Source of the DNA: an uncultured Gemmatimonadota bacterium | GTDB lineage: Bacteria > JAAXHH01 | Direction: 5' to 3' | Assembly (NCBI GenBank): GCA_951812955.1 | Contig: OX638340.1 | Span: forward strand, 2,816,001-2,880,000 | DNA length: 64,000 bases | Shown: positions 40,529-50,161 of the stretch, piece by piece | Position numbering within the stretch: the first letter of the stretch is position 1 | Layout of the letters: each line of letters starts with the position of its first letter | Program-made: the position numbers and the translations under genes | The notes under the pieces: model-generated | The model's database searches: none | What the model was told of the DNA's origin: nothing | The model's input: the letters and a program-made list of their open reading frames with translations, nothing else

Positions 40529-42244
40529 ATGCGACGAACCATCCCATATCTTTTCCTGCTCGTGTTTCTTTCGGCTCCGGACACCTTCGCCCAGCATGTC
40601 AACGCCATCGGCGTCGAGTTACCCAAAGACGCCGCGCCGCCGGAACGGCAGCGGTTGCGGTTCTTCGAGATGGACGGGACGTACATGGAATGGTTCAAGA
40701 CCATTTACAAGCGCAGTCCGGCCACGAATCTCATTGGCGAGCCGCTGGTACGCCAGGACCATAACTACGACCTGGTGCCGGCCGCCGCCAAATCCTGGGA
40801 GGCCACACCGGACGGATATACGTGGCTGTTCCACCTGCGCTCCGGAATGCAGTGGGACGACGGACGGCCCTTCAACGCCCATGACTATGTCTTTACCTTT
40901 CGCCGGGGAGCGGACCCGGACAATGCCTACGACTTCGAGTGGCATTACCGCATCATCAAGAACTGGAGCGCCGTGGTAGCCCGGCAACTGCCCGTCGATT
41001 CGCTCGGCGTCGAGGCCATAGACGATACGACACTGGCCGTGCATACCGAGCAGCCCGTACCCTACCTGCCCTTCAATCTCATTATGAGCTGGGCTTCGCC
41101 GGAACACGCGGTGGCCAAGTACGGCGATGAATGGTCGACCCGGGCGGAGACCCATGTTTCATCCGGCCCGTTCAAGGTCTCGGAATGGCGCAAGAACGAG
41201 GTCATCGTCCTGGACGCCAATCCGATGTATCGGGGTTCGATGCCGCCCTTGCTCGACCAGGTGATCATCCGGGTGTTCTCCCAGTCGGCCCAGCCGCTCA
41301 TGCTGTCGGCATATACGGCCGAAGAGGTGGACATGATCCTCCTGTCCGGCCAGGCGTCTCTGGGCCGGGTAAAGAGCGACCCGGTGCTCCGCCACGAACT
41401 GCATTCCATGGTAAACTTCGTCACTTTTTACATGACCATGGATACGTACAATCCGCCCTTCGACGACCTGCGGGTACGGAAAGCCTTCGCCCATTCCATC
41501 GATCGGACCGCCCTGATGGACTCCGCCCTGAAGGACGTGGGTGTGGCGGCCTACAGTATGCTGGCTCCCGGTTTCCCCGGTTCGAAACCAGAGGCATTCC
41601 GGAATACGTTTCCTTACGATCCCGAACGCGCCAGGCAGTTGATGGCCGAAGCCGGATACCCCGACGGCAAGGGGTTTCCCCAGGTCGATCTCTGGATCCG
41701 CGCCCACGATGTCCAGTCCACCCGCCTGCCCGCCGAGGCCATCCAGGCGATGATCGCCGACGCGCTGAACGTACGGGTCGGAGTGCGGGTGATCGAACGA
41801 AAAGTGTTCACGGACGGCTTGAACAACCACGAGGTAACACTGGCCCTGGTGGCCTACAGCCAGGACTTCCCGGATCCGGCCAATCTGCTCGGGCTATGGC
41901 GGTCGAGGGGGCGTCACGCGTGGCACGACGAGACCTTCGAACGGCTGATTCACGAGGGCAACGAGTTCATGGGATCGCCCGAAGAAAGGTACGCCATCTA
42001 CCACGCAGCAGAGCGCAGGCTCGTGGAGGACGTGGGCGGCATCTTCCTCTGGTTTCCCGTGGAGCACCGTCTGTGGAAACCCGATTTCTACAGCCCTACC
42101 CTTCTTCCCAACCGCCTCGGCATGGAAGTCTGGTCCAACCTGACCTGGATGAACGGATATTTCAGGAATACGGATCGGGCGGCAGCGGTGGATCGGCCGG
42201 GCAACCGCGGCCTCTGGGACTGGCTGAAATCCGCCCTGGACTGA
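40529..42244 (+). CDS. ABC transporter substrate-binding protein, family 5 (oligopeptide/dipeptide/nickel type)
   Basis: Signal peptide MRRTIPYLFLLVFLSAPDTFAQ. 570-aa size and cluster C SBP composition (..NAIGVELPKD.., ..WKPDFYSPTLLPN..). Confidence 0.6.
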   Translation: MRRTIPYLFLLVFLSAPDTFAQHVNAIGVELPKDAAPPERQRLRFFEMDGTYMEWFKTIYKRSPATNLIGEPLVRQDHNYDLVPAAAKSWEATPDGYTWLFHLRSGMQWDDGRPFNAHDYVFTFRRGADPDNAYDFEWHYRIIKNWSAVVARQLPVDSLGVEAIDDTTLAVHTEQPVPYLPFNLIMSWASPEHAVAKYGDEWSTRAETHVSSGPFKVSEWRKNEVIVLDANPMYRGSMPPLLDQVIIRVFSQSAQPLMLSAYTAEEVDMILLSGQASLGRVKSDPVLRHELHSMVNFVTFYMTMDTYNPPFDDLRVRKAFAHSIDRTALMDSALKDVGVAAYSMLAPGFPGSKPEAFRNTFPYDPERARQLMAEAGYPDGKGFPQVDLWIRAHDVQSTRLPAEAIQAMIADALNVRVGVRVIERKVFTDGLNNHEVTLALVAYSQDFPDPANLLGLWRSRGRHAWHDETFERLIHEGNEFMGSPEERYAIYHAAERRLVEDVGGIFLWFPVEHRLWKPDFYSPTLLPNRLGMEVWSNLTWMNGYFRNTDRAAAVDRPGNRGLWDWLKSALD

Positions 42245-42366
42245 GCCTAAAACTCCGCGGAATTAAAACGAATGGCTTGAGTTACTGTTCCGATCAAACC
42301 AATATCGTGTAGTTTGGTCCGTTGTGGTCTCTTTCGTGTCACTATGGTGATGACGCGCGCGGCATG

Positions 42367-43584
42367 CTACGCGGTGCGTGAAAAACGTTCCAGCGCCGCG
42401 TCGTCGATCCGGACGCCCAGACCGGGATCGTCGGTTACTGGAAACGCGCCGTCGACAGGTTGCGGGGCTTCCAGGGCGTAGCGGCATCTCGTGGGATAGG
42501 ACTCGTGGCCGTGTTCCATGATCAGGAAGTTGGGGATGGCCGCGGACAGCTGGATGGTCGCGGCTATGGACAGCAGGCCACCTCCTCCAATGTGGGGTGA
42601 CACGGGGATGTTGTAAGTCTCCGCGAGCACGGCGATGCGTTTCCCCTCGGTCAGCCCCGTACGGCCGATATCCGGCATCACCACGTCGCAGGTCCTTCTT
42701 TCGAAGGCTTCCCTCATCTCGAAACGGGTGCGGTACCACTCTCCGTTTGCGACGTGCATGTCCAGCGCCCGGGTAACGGCCGCGTGGCCTGCCAGATCTT
42801 CGGGCAGGATAGGCGCCTCCAGCCAGTATACGTCCAATGCTTCCAGTTCCCGGCCCAGCCTGATGGCCCCGGCCACGTCGAATTCGGTGTGGACGTCCAC
42901 CATGACGGCGATGTCCTGACCGACGCGATCGCGGACGGCCGCGGCGATGGCGACTGTTCCTTTATGGTCACTCGCCGGGGAGAGTTTCAGTCCACGGTAA
43001 CCTGCGGCCACGAGACTCTCGGCCCGGTCCGCCGCGCTCTTGGGGTCGCGTCCGGCGCATCCCGAATAAAGCTCGATCCGATCGCGAAACCGACTCCCGA
43101 GCAGTTTATGCACCGGCATGTCCAGCGCCTTGCCCTTCAGGTCCCACAGGGCGATGTCGCAAGCGGCCAGGGCATCGACATAAAAACCGGTCGGATGTCC
43201 CCTTTCCCGCATTCCGTCGAAGAGGCGTTGCCACAGGAACTCCACGTCGAAGGGGTCCGCACCGATCAGTGCGGGGCGGCACAGGTCTTCCACGATGGTC
43301 CGCGTGGTACCTGGCAATATCGGACTTTGCCCTTCGCCGTAGCCGACGAGGCCTTCGTCGGTCGTTACGCGCACCACCAGGGTCTCGTGCATATCCGACT
43401 TGAAAGCGTGTCTGGCCTCCGGTATGAAATAAGGGGAGGACGCGCCGGGCTCAGCGGAATTGTCGCCGTGCGCACCGGGATCGGCGGAGTTGCCGCCGCG
43501 CGTATCCGTATCGCGGCCGTGCATATTCGGGTCCCCTTCTTTCGAGATACGTATAGCGAAAGCTTCGACGTTCGAGATTCTCAT
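42367..43584 (-). CDS. Mandelate racemase/muconate-lactonising-enzyme family dehydratase (enolase superfamily)
   Basis: N-terminal capping domain (MRISNVEAFAIRI...VVRVTTDEGLVGYGEG). Barrel with metal ligands and the KxK/DxE pattern (AVMVDVHTEF, YWLEAPILPED, DVVMPDIGRTGL). Contains a repeat-generated low-complexity insertion (GGNSADPGAHGDNSAEPGASS). Confidence 0.7.
   Translation of the reverse strand: MRISNVEAFAIRISKEGDPNMHGRDTDTRGGNSADPGAHGDNSAEPGASSPYFIPEARHAFKSDMHETLVVRVTTDEGLVGYGEGQSPILPGTTRTIVEDLCRPALIGADPFDVEFLWQRLFDGMRERGHPTGFYVDALAACDIALWDLKGKALDMPVHKLLGSRFRDRIELYSGCAGRDPKSAADRAESLVAAGYRGLKLSPASDHKGTVAIAAAVRDRVGQDIAVMVDVHTEFDVAGAIRLGRELEALDVYWLEAPILPEDLAGHAAVTRALDMHVANGEWYRTRFEMREAFERRTCDVVMPDIGRTGLTEGKRIAVLAETYNIPVSPHIGGGGLLSIAATIQLSAAIPNFLIMEHGHESYPTRCRYALEAPQPVDGAFPVTDDPGLGVRIDDAALERFSRTA
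43447..43520. repeat. ~2.5 degenerate copies of a ~30-bp unit inside the MR/MLE gene (encodes NSADPGAHGD / NSAEPGASS)
   Basis: gggctcagcggaattgtcgccgtgcgcacc / gggatcggcggagttgccgccgcgcgtatcc / gtatcgcggccgtgcat read on the + strand. Confidence 0.6.
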
Positions 43585-43588
43585 GATT

Positions 43589-44827
43589 TCAATCCTCGGG
43601 CCGTTCACCGGCGGGCGCCATCTTCACCAGCCTGGGTTCGAAGCGGGCCACCACTTCCACCAGGTCGGTCTGCGCCGCCATCACCTCTTCGATATTCTTG
43701 TACACAAAAGGGACTTCGTCGAGACCGGCGGACATGAGCGTGACGCCTCTCTCCCGGAGGATCCGGTTGGCGTCCTGCCAGTTCAGGCTCCTGATCGCCC
43801 GTTTCCGGCTCATCACGCGGCCGGCGCCGTGGGCGGCCGAATTCATGGCGTCCCGGCTCCCCTTCCCACGGACCACGAAGGCGGGACTCGCCATCGAACC
43901 GGGTATGATGCCCAGCACGCCCCGGCCGGCCGGCGTAGCGCCCTTCCGGTGTACCACTGCTTTCCGGTCCGGACGCTGGCCGGGGACGGTGATTCTTTCC
44001 TTCCACGCGAAGTTATGGTGGTTTTCCAGGTCAAGCAACACTTCCGCGCCGAGATAACCGGCCATGTGGCGGTGTATGCAGGCGTGGTTGGCCGCCGCGT
44101 AGTGTCCCATGAGCTCCATGGCCGCCCAGTACTCCTGGCCCGGTTCGGTGTCCAGGTCCAGCCAGGCGAGATGGCGCTGCTCTTTGGACAGCCCGGGACG
44201 CAGGGACATGGCCAGCCTGCTGTAATGGGAGGCGACCATGGCGCCGGTCCCCCGGCTGCCGCTGTGAGAAAGCAGGGCGAGGTAGGCGCCGGTATCCAGC
44301 CCGTTCAACGGTTCGTTCAGGGTCAGTTCACCGAATTCGACGAAATGGTTGCCGCTCCCACTGGTGCCCAGTTGGCTCCAGGCCTTGTCCCTGGCCTTGC
44401 GCGTCACGGGAGATACGGACCAGTTCCGGTCAAGGACCGGGTGACTTCGGCGTTTCTTGAAACTGGATCCGACGCCGAAGCGTGTCTCCGCGGAGATGGC
44501 CTTTCTGAGCCGGTCCGTTCCCCGGTCCTGGCGCAGCGTGTCCAGGGGCATGTCCAGGACGGTCAGTTTCATCCGGCAGGCGATGTCGACGCCCACGGCG
44601 TAGGGAATGACCGCGTTGTCTGTGGCCAGCACGCCGCCGATGGGCAGGCCGTAACCCACGTGGGCGTCCGGCATCAGCGCGCCGGCCAGGGCCACGGGCA
44701 GGGAACAGGCCCGTTCCATCTGCTGGACCGACTGCGCGTCCAGGTCCCGCCCCCACTGCCGATAGGGTATTTTTTTTGGCACTTGCCGCGTTCCTGGATA
44801 AGGGTCCGCAGTCCATACCGCGCGCAT
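43589..44827 (-). CDS. rtcB: RNA-splicing ligase RtcB (3'-phosphate/5'-hydroxyl nucleic acid ligase)
   Basis: All RtcB landmarks are present: MPDAHVGYGLPIGGV, GSGNHFVEFG, SHSGSRGTG, ENHHNFAW, HRKGATPA, AHGAGR. No rtcA or rtcR nearby. Confidence 0.85.
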   Translation of the reverse strand: MRAVWTADPYPGTRQVPKKIPYRQWGRDLDAQSVQQMERACSLPVALAGALMPDAHVGYGLPIGGVLATDNAVIPYAVGVDIACRMKLTVLDMPLDTLRQDRGTDRLRKAISAETRFGVGSSFKKRRSHPVLDRNWSVSPVTRKARDKAWSQLGTSGSGNHFVEFGELTLNEPLNGLDTGAYLALLSHSGSRGTGAMVASHYSRLAMSLRPGLSKEQRHLAWLDLDTEPGQEYWAAMELMGHYAAANHACIHRHMAGYLGAEVLLDLENHHNFAWKERITVPGQRPDRKAVVHRKGATPAGRGVLGIIPGSMASPAFVVRGKGSRDAMNSAAHGAGRVMSRKRAIRSLNWQDANRILRERGVTLMSAGLDEVPFVYKNIEEVMAAQTDLVEVVARFEPRLVKMAPAGERPED

Positions 44828-44838
44828 TGCGCGGCGGA

Positions 44839-45729
44839 TCAGAAACCGGCGATCTGGCGGCCGCCGAAGGTCAATCGGTACATGAGCCGTTCATAGCGCG
44901 TATCGTCGAAGGGCGTCGGGGCGTGCAGCGTACACCGGTTGTCCCAGACCACCAGATCGCCCGGGCGCCATCGGTGCATGTATGTGTATTCATCCTGCGT
45001 CGCATGCTCCTGCAGGCCATACAGCAGCGCCTCGCCCTCCGACTTTTCCAGACCCTCGACGGACTCAATGTGGCAGAGGGGGAGATAGAGCGATTTCCGA
45101 TTGGTCTCCGGATGCCGGGCGACCAGGGGCCGGACAATCGGGGGAAACTGCTCGAGGAGCGCCTTGCTGAGCGGTGGCCGGTGCCGGTTTTTCTTCCTGA
45201 GCAGTTCGTTTAGATGATTGTAGGAATGGACGGTTCGGATGGAGTCGATGCGTGCCTTGACGTCGTCCGGCAGGCCCTCGTAGGCCGCGGTCATCCCCGC
45301 GAAGCCCGTCTCCCCGCCCTCGGGAGGCGTGCGTACGCAGAACAGGCAGGAACCGGCCGGCTGGGGATGGCGGAATGAATCGTCCATGTGCCACAGCAAC
45401 GGCGGTGGGTCCGCCTGGATGAAAAGAGCGGTGTGCATGCCGTCCTTCCTGGCATTGCCGATCCGCAGTATGTCGGGATAGTGCGGCACCAGGAAATCCG
45501 GATCGTATTTCTCGTTTCCCTCCGGCGTCCCGAAACGGGTCACGAATCTCAGGAGATCGGCGGGATCGATATGGCCTTGATCACGGATGAGGATCAATCC
45601 ACCCGCTTCGTGAAACGCGGCAATGGCCTGGTTGACCATGGTTTCATCGAGCCTTGCGAGATCCAGGCCGTCGAGTTCGGCTCCGAAACCGGACCGGGTA
45701 ATCGGGATGCAATTGGTTTGTGTGATCAT
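44839..45729 (-). CDS. TauD/TfdA-family alpha-ketoglutarate-dependent dioxygenase
   Basis: WHMDDSF (HxD) and GDLVVWDNRCTLH (distal His, Arg). Typical ~295-aa length from ATG 45729; the ORF track extension to 46323 is GC-rich read-through. Confidence 0.7.
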   Translation of the reverse strand: MITQTNCIPITRSGFGAELDGLDLARLDETMVNQAIAAFHEAGGLILIRDQGHIDPADLLRFVTRFGTPEGNEKYDPDFLVPHYPDILRIGNARKDGMHTALFIQADPPPLLWHMDDSFRHPQPAGSCLFCVRTPPEGGETGFAGMTAAYEGLPDDVKARIDSIRTVHSYNHLNELLRKKNRHRPPLSKALLEQFPPIVRPLVARHPETNRKSLYLPLCHIESVEGLEKSEGEALLYGLQEHATQDEYTYMHRWRPGDLVVWDNRCTLHAPTPFDDTRYERLMYRLTFGGRQIAGF

Positions 45730-45771
45730 GGTGGAGACGAACTCCGGTACGGTCAGGTGACTGGAAGGGAC

Positions 45772-45863
45772 GCTCCGCACAGCGCAATTTCCCGCGACCG
45801 TGCAGCGCGATTTTCTGCTCCGCACAGCGTAGTGTCCCGCTCCGCTCAGCGCAGTTTCCCGCG
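45772..45863. repeat. 3-4 degenerate ~23-bp direct repeats (gctccgcacagcgYaRtKtcccgcg) spanning the stop of the DSD1-like gene and the TauD upstream region
   Basis: Copies at 45772-45796, 45818-45840 and 45841-45863 plus a decayed copy between; the DSD1-like stop (45846-45848, minus strand) lies in the last copy. Confidence 0.7.
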
Positions 45864-46934
45864 GCCGAGAATAGGCCATACGGTCTCGACGACCCCGTTG
45901 CGGATTCCGTAGAGGTGGTCGTGAAGAAACAGGGTGACGTCGGTGTAGGCCACCATGAGGTCGAGTTTGTCGCCGACGGCGATTTCGTGATTTGGACTGT
46001 TGAAGGTCACGGTGCCGTGTTCCGCCGACATGCGCACGCTCTTTACGTCTTCGACGCCCACCGGCATGGGCATGCCGAACCACGCGGGCACCGTCTTGAA
46101 CCCGGCGTCCACGATTAGCCGGTCCGGTTCGGGGCGGCTGGTGACCGAAACGTGCACGTATATCGCCGGGTCGGTCCGAACCCCCCAGAGGGAATACATC
46201 ACGTCGTTGAAGATCGCGCCGCCCGCCTGGATCTCGGTGATCCCTTCCAGGTCGGGTGTAACCGACAGTGTGCCGCTTCCTCCGCCGCTCACGATGTCGC
46301 AGGGCAGTCCCGCGGCCCGGCACCGTTCCGCGGAATCCACGAGGTCTCCCACGGCCCGTCTGATCTCCCCGTGTTTCCAGTCGGAGCCTTCCTCCACGCA
46401 GGCATGTCCCTCCCAGGCCATGACGCCCCGGAATCGCAGGCCTGCAGTCTCGTGGACCTTGCGGGCGAGTGCGACGACCGCGTCACCGGGCCGGACTCCG
46501 GCCCGTTCCATGCCCGTGTTCAGTTCGATGAGCACGCCGACTTCGACGCCGGTTTCGACCGCGGTGCGACCCAGGTCCACCAGCGTGGCGTCGCTGTCGA
46601 CGGCGACTTTCACGTCCGCCTGCCTGCAGAGATGGGCCAACCGGGTGTATTTCGGCGGACCCACCACCTGGTTGGCGATCAGGAGGTCCTCGACGCCTCC
46701 CGCGACCATGACCTCGGCCTCGCCGAGCTTGGCGCAGGTGACCCCGATCGCGCCGGCCTTCAACAATCTGTGGGCAATTGCCGGGATCTTGACGCCCTTG
46801 ATGTGCGGGCGCCAGTCCACGCCGGCCTCTTTCAATCGATTCCCCACGGTTCGAATGTTGCTTTCGAGGCGATCCAGGTCTACCCACAGCACCGGGGTAT
46901 CCAGATCCTCCTTATGTATTCCGATCTCGTCCAA
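45846..46934 (-). CDS. DSD1-family PLP enzyme (alanine-racemase-like N-domain; D-serine deaminase / D-threonine aldolase type)
   Basis: N-terminus TPVLWVDLDRLESNIRTVGNRLKEAGVDWRPHIKGVKIPAIAHRLLKAGAIGVTCAKLGEAEVM matches the D-threonine aldolase / DSD1 consensus, with a PLP-Lys in RPHIKGVK. C-terminal serine-dehydratase-like domain. Confidence 0.65.
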   Translation of the reverse strand: MDEIGIHKEDLDTPVLWVDLDRLESNIRTVGNRLKEAGVDWRPHIKGVKIPAIAHRLLKAGAIGVTCAKLGEAEVMVAGGVEDLLIANQVVGPPKYTRLAHLCRQADVKVAVDSDATLVDLGRTAVETGVEVGVLIELNTGMERAGVRPGDAVVALARKVHETAGLRFRGVMAWEGHACVEEGSDWKHGEIRRAVGDLVDSAERCRAAGLPCDIVSGGGSGTLSVTPDLEGITEIQAGGAIFNDVMYSLWGVRTDPAIYVHVSVTSRPEPDRLIVDAGFKTVPAWFGMPMPVGVEDVKSVRMSAEHGTVTFNSPNHEIAVGDKLDLMVAYTDVTLFLHDHLYGIRNGVVETVWPILGRGKLR

Positions 46935-47145
46935 AGTTCGTTCCTCTCTTGTGGCCTTTACTGATCCAGTCGTCGATCAACCTTAACCTCGACAGCGGAT
47001 TCCGACAGAAACAGATATTACACAGAACTGATTATTCGTGATTTTCAAAGCTATGCAGACTGCTAATTGTGTATCATATCGGTACCGCCCGTCAAGGACG
47101 TTAAGCGTGTCTCGGCTGACGGCCGCAATCCTTCTTTCCCGCGGT

Positions 47146-48603
47146 TCAACCCCGGTACCGAACATCCTTGTAAGGTGAAACCAGGGGTTCGTCCGGACAG
47201 TGCAGCCTGCCCTTTACCACCCATCCGCAGTCCCGCGCCTCGAGTTCCGCCACGAGAAGGCCCTGCCAGGCTTCGATCTCGTCTCTGAAGGCCGGATCGT
47301 TCACCATGTTCCGGCACTCGCCGGGGTCCGCGTCCAGGTCGAAGAACTGTTTCCGGCCGATGCGCGGCAGCCAGACGAACTTCCGATGGCCGTCCGTCAC
47401 GTACTGCATTTCCTGTTCGGGCGAATAGCACCAGCAGTGCTCTCCGTGAATGTGGGTTCTCCAGCCGTCCGCGTTACCCCGGATTAATGGAAGCAGGCTG
47501 TGCCCGGTCACGGTGGGCGGCCTGTCCACGCCGGCCGCGTCCAGGATCGTCGGCATGATGTCGCGAAGTTCGGCCACGCCATCGGCGACGGGTGACGTCA
47601 CTTCCTCGCTCCACCCGGCAGGCGGGGAGATGATCAGCGGTATCCTCGCGCTGCCCTCGTAGGCGTAGGTCTTGCGCCAGAGATGGTGATCTCCGACCAT
47701 GTCGCCGTGGTCGGACGTGAAGACGACCCAGGTGTTGGACCAGGCCTCCGGCTCGTATCGATCCATCCAGTTCTTGAGACGCCCGATCTGCGTGTCGATG
47801 AACGAGATCTCTCCGTAATAACCGGACCTGCCGCGATGTATGCGCTGATCCGACTGCCTGCCCCGCCACGCGTTCACGTCCGTTGCGTCGAAGGGCACGT
47901 CGTGCATGTCCGCCCAGTCGCCGATGAACGGCGGCGGGGTCTCCCGGTCGTGGTACAGGTCGAAGTACCAGCCGGGGGGGACGTACGGCGAATGAGGCCG
48001 GGCGAAGCTGACATTGAGAAAGAAGGGTCTCGAACGGTCCCGCTGCGAAATGTAATGGATCGCCCGGCTCATGGTCCATGCGGTCGGATGAAGGTATTCC
48101 TCCGTGTGCCAGGGGCGTCCGATCCAAGCATTCCAGTTGACCCCGTGATCGTCCGGTGTGATGTCCCGTTTTTTTTCCCGGTCGAACCACTGGCGGTATT
48201 CGTCCCGCAGGCCCTGGGCGAACATCCGGCCGGATTCATCCAGCTCCGCCGACTGAAAACCCATGTCCGCCCGTTGCGGAGAGAAGTGTCCCTTGCCCAC
48301 CAGGTGGGTCGCATACCCGGCATCTGCCAGCGTGCCGGCCAGGGTATGAGGGAAGTCGTTGGGTATGGGCCCCTGTCCCCGCCCCATACCGAGGACGCCC
48401 GTGTGCCACTGGTCCATGCCGGTCATCACGGTCGACCGGGCGGGTATGCAGGAAGGTACCGCGGTGTAAGCGTGGGGAAACCGCGTGCCCCGCGCGGCCA
48501 GGTGATCCAGGTTCGGGGTTTCCACCACGGGATGCCCGTCGCAACCCAGACTGTCTCCGCGCATCTGGTCCGCCATGATGAATATGACATTGGGAAGGGA
48601 CAC
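47146..48603 (-). CDS. Sulfatase (formylglycine-dependent; no signal peptide, possibly choline-sulfatase-like cytoplasmic enzyme)
   Basis: PNVIFIMADQMRGDSLG (metal-binding DQ), formylglycine motif C-I-P-A-R in AVPSCIPARSTVMTG, downstream sulfatase core. Probable GTG start at 48603 (AGGAG 9 nt upstream). No N-terminal hydrophobic leader is visible. Confidence 0.7.
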   Translation of the reverse strand: MSLPNVIFIMADQMRGDSLGCDGHPVVETPNLDHLAARGTRFPHAYTAVPSCIPARSTVMTGMDQWHTGVLGMGRGQGPIPNDFPHTLAGTLADAGYATHLVGKGHFSPQRADMGFQSAELDESGRMFAQGLRDEYRQWFDREKKRDITPDDHGVNWNAWIGRPWHTEEYLHPTAWTMSRAIHYISQRDRSRPFFLNVSFARPHSPYVPPGWYFDLYHDRETPPPFIGDWADMHDVPFDATDVNAWRGRQSDQRIHRGRSGYYGEISFIDTQIGRLKNWMDRYEPEAWSNTWVVFTSDHGDMVGDHHLWRKTYAYEGSARIPLIISPPAGWSEEVTSPVADGVAELRDIMPTILDAAGVDRPPTVTGHSLLPLIRGNADGWRTHIHGEHCWCYSPEQEMQYVTDGHRKFVWLPRIGRKQFFDLDADPGECRNMVNDPAFRDEIEAWQGLLVAELEARDCGWVVKGRLHCPDEPLVSPYKDVRYRG

Positions 48604-48836
48604 GGAAGTTCGCTCCTGGTTCAACGTAACGTTACAATGGAGACATCGGGGCCGGGCTTCATAACTTATACTCCATCCGTCTTCTGTCAAGAATCGCCGT
48701 GCCCGTGCGATGGCCGGTGCGCCCGCGGTTAAACCCTTAAACCGCTTGACATTGGGCTTATCTCTTTCACATTTCACTGATGACCTGAAAACGGAAGTCT
48801 GGACAGGATGGCCCTGTACAAGGAGGCATACGCCCT

Positions 48837-50051
48837 ATGGCTGCGCGTGAAAAACCCATTTCCGACGAAGAGCGGGCTTTCTGGGCGGATATACGCCGTC
48901 AGTTCTACCTCGAGGACGGCGTGACTTTCCTCCAGGGCGGTTCGGTAGGTCCGTCCGCGAAGCCCGTGATCGAGCAGGTGATCGATTGGTTGCGCCAGGT
49001 GGAGGCGAATCCGCTTTACAACCAGCGTGAGCAGGTCATGGGGTCTCGGGTCGAGGCGGCCCGCGAAAAAGCAGCGCATTTCACCGGTGCTTCGGCCAAA
49101 AACGTGGCCCTGGTGCTCAACACCACGATGGGCATGAATGTACCCGCCCGCGGACTGCCCCTGCAGCCCGGCGGCGAGGTGCTGATGAGTGACCAGGAAT
49201 ACCCCTCGGTCCAGCGCATGTGGGAGCACATGGCCAGGACGCAGCACGTCCTGGTCCGGAAGGTTCCGCTGCCCACGCCGCCCGATTCGCCGCGAGAGAT
49301 CGTAGACGCCTTCGCCGCCCATATCACACCGCGGACCCAGGTCATGGTCTTCTCACACGTCTATTGCACCACCGGTCTCGTGGCGCCGGTCCGCGAACTG
49401 ACTGCCCTGGCCCATGACCGCGGCGCGGTCGCCGTGGTGGACGGCGCGCACGCGGTCGGGATGGTCCCGGTCGACATCGAAGCCTGGGGATGCGATTTCT
49501 ACGCGAGCAGCACGCACAAGTGGCTGCTCGCGCCCAAGGGCACGGGAATCGTATACGTGGCCGATCCTTACCTGAGTTCGCTACCGGCGCCGATCCTGGG
49601 ATACAATACGGCGCCGTTCAGCCACGCGAGACGATTCGACGTGACGGGGACCCACGATACGACCCATTTCGCCGGACTGGGCGCGGCCATCGATTACCAG
49701 CAGGACATCGGATGGGAAGACCGGATCCGGCCCTACTGCCTGGGCCTGGCCCGGTACCTGCGCGAACTGGTCGAGGAGGAGATCGAGGGCGCCCGCATGA
49801 CCGTGCCGCCGGGCTCCGAGATGTCGGGGTTTCTGACCTCCTTCACCATAGACGGGTGCAGCCTCCACCGCATCGTGCAAATCATGTGGGAGGAATACCG
49901 CATCCAGATCGCCGCGACCCGTGCGGGCGATCTACCCGTCTTCCGGATTTCCACCCATTTCTACGACAGTTACGAGGATATCGACCGGTTCATCGATGCG
50001 TTGAAGACCGTGCTTGCCACCCGGCGCGACGAAGTCTTCGAAGACCGGTAA
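48837..50051 (+). CDS. Class V aminotransferase-fold PLP enzyme (isopenicillin-N-epimerase / cysteine-desulfurase-like)
   Basis: PLP-Lys motif SSTHKWLLAPKGTG, size ~400 aa, N-terminal LEDGVTFLQGGSVGP. Confidence 0.6.
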   Translation: MAAREKPISDEERAFWADIRRQFYLEDGVTFLQGGSVGPSAKPVIEQVIDWLRQVEANPLYNQREQVMGSRVEAAREKAAHFTGASAKNVALVLNTTMGMNVPARGLPLQPGGEVLMSDQEYPSVQRMWEHMARTQHVLVRKVPLPTPPDSPREIVDAFAAHITPRTQVMVFSHVYCTTGLVAPVRELTALAHDRGAVAVVDGAHAVGMVPVDIEAWGCDFYASSTHKWLLAPKGTGIVYVADPYLSSLPAPILGYNTAPFSHARRFDVTGTHDTTHFAGLGAAIDYQQDIGWEDRIRPYCLGLARYLRELVEEEIEGARMTVPPGSEMSGFLTSFTIDGCSLHRIVQIMWEEYRIQIAATRAGDLPVFRISTHFYDSYEDIDRFIDALKTVLATRRDEVFEDR

Positions 50052-50161
50052 TAGCTTGGCAATTCGGCACGCGAAGCGAAACGCTCCTTGAGAGCGGTCC
50101 GAAGCGAACAAGCTGTCCTGTCCCTGCCGACCCTGCCGTACGCGCGCAAGGTCCCGATCAC

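Noticed and set aside
41131-42312. 393-aa + ORF in an alternative frame of the solute-binding-protein gene
   Set aside because: Same strand but a different frame from the real SBP; RP-rich translation.
43460-44896. 478-aa + ORF opposite rtcB
   Set aside because: Antisense to RtcB, which has all its catalytic motifs intact; low-complexity translation.
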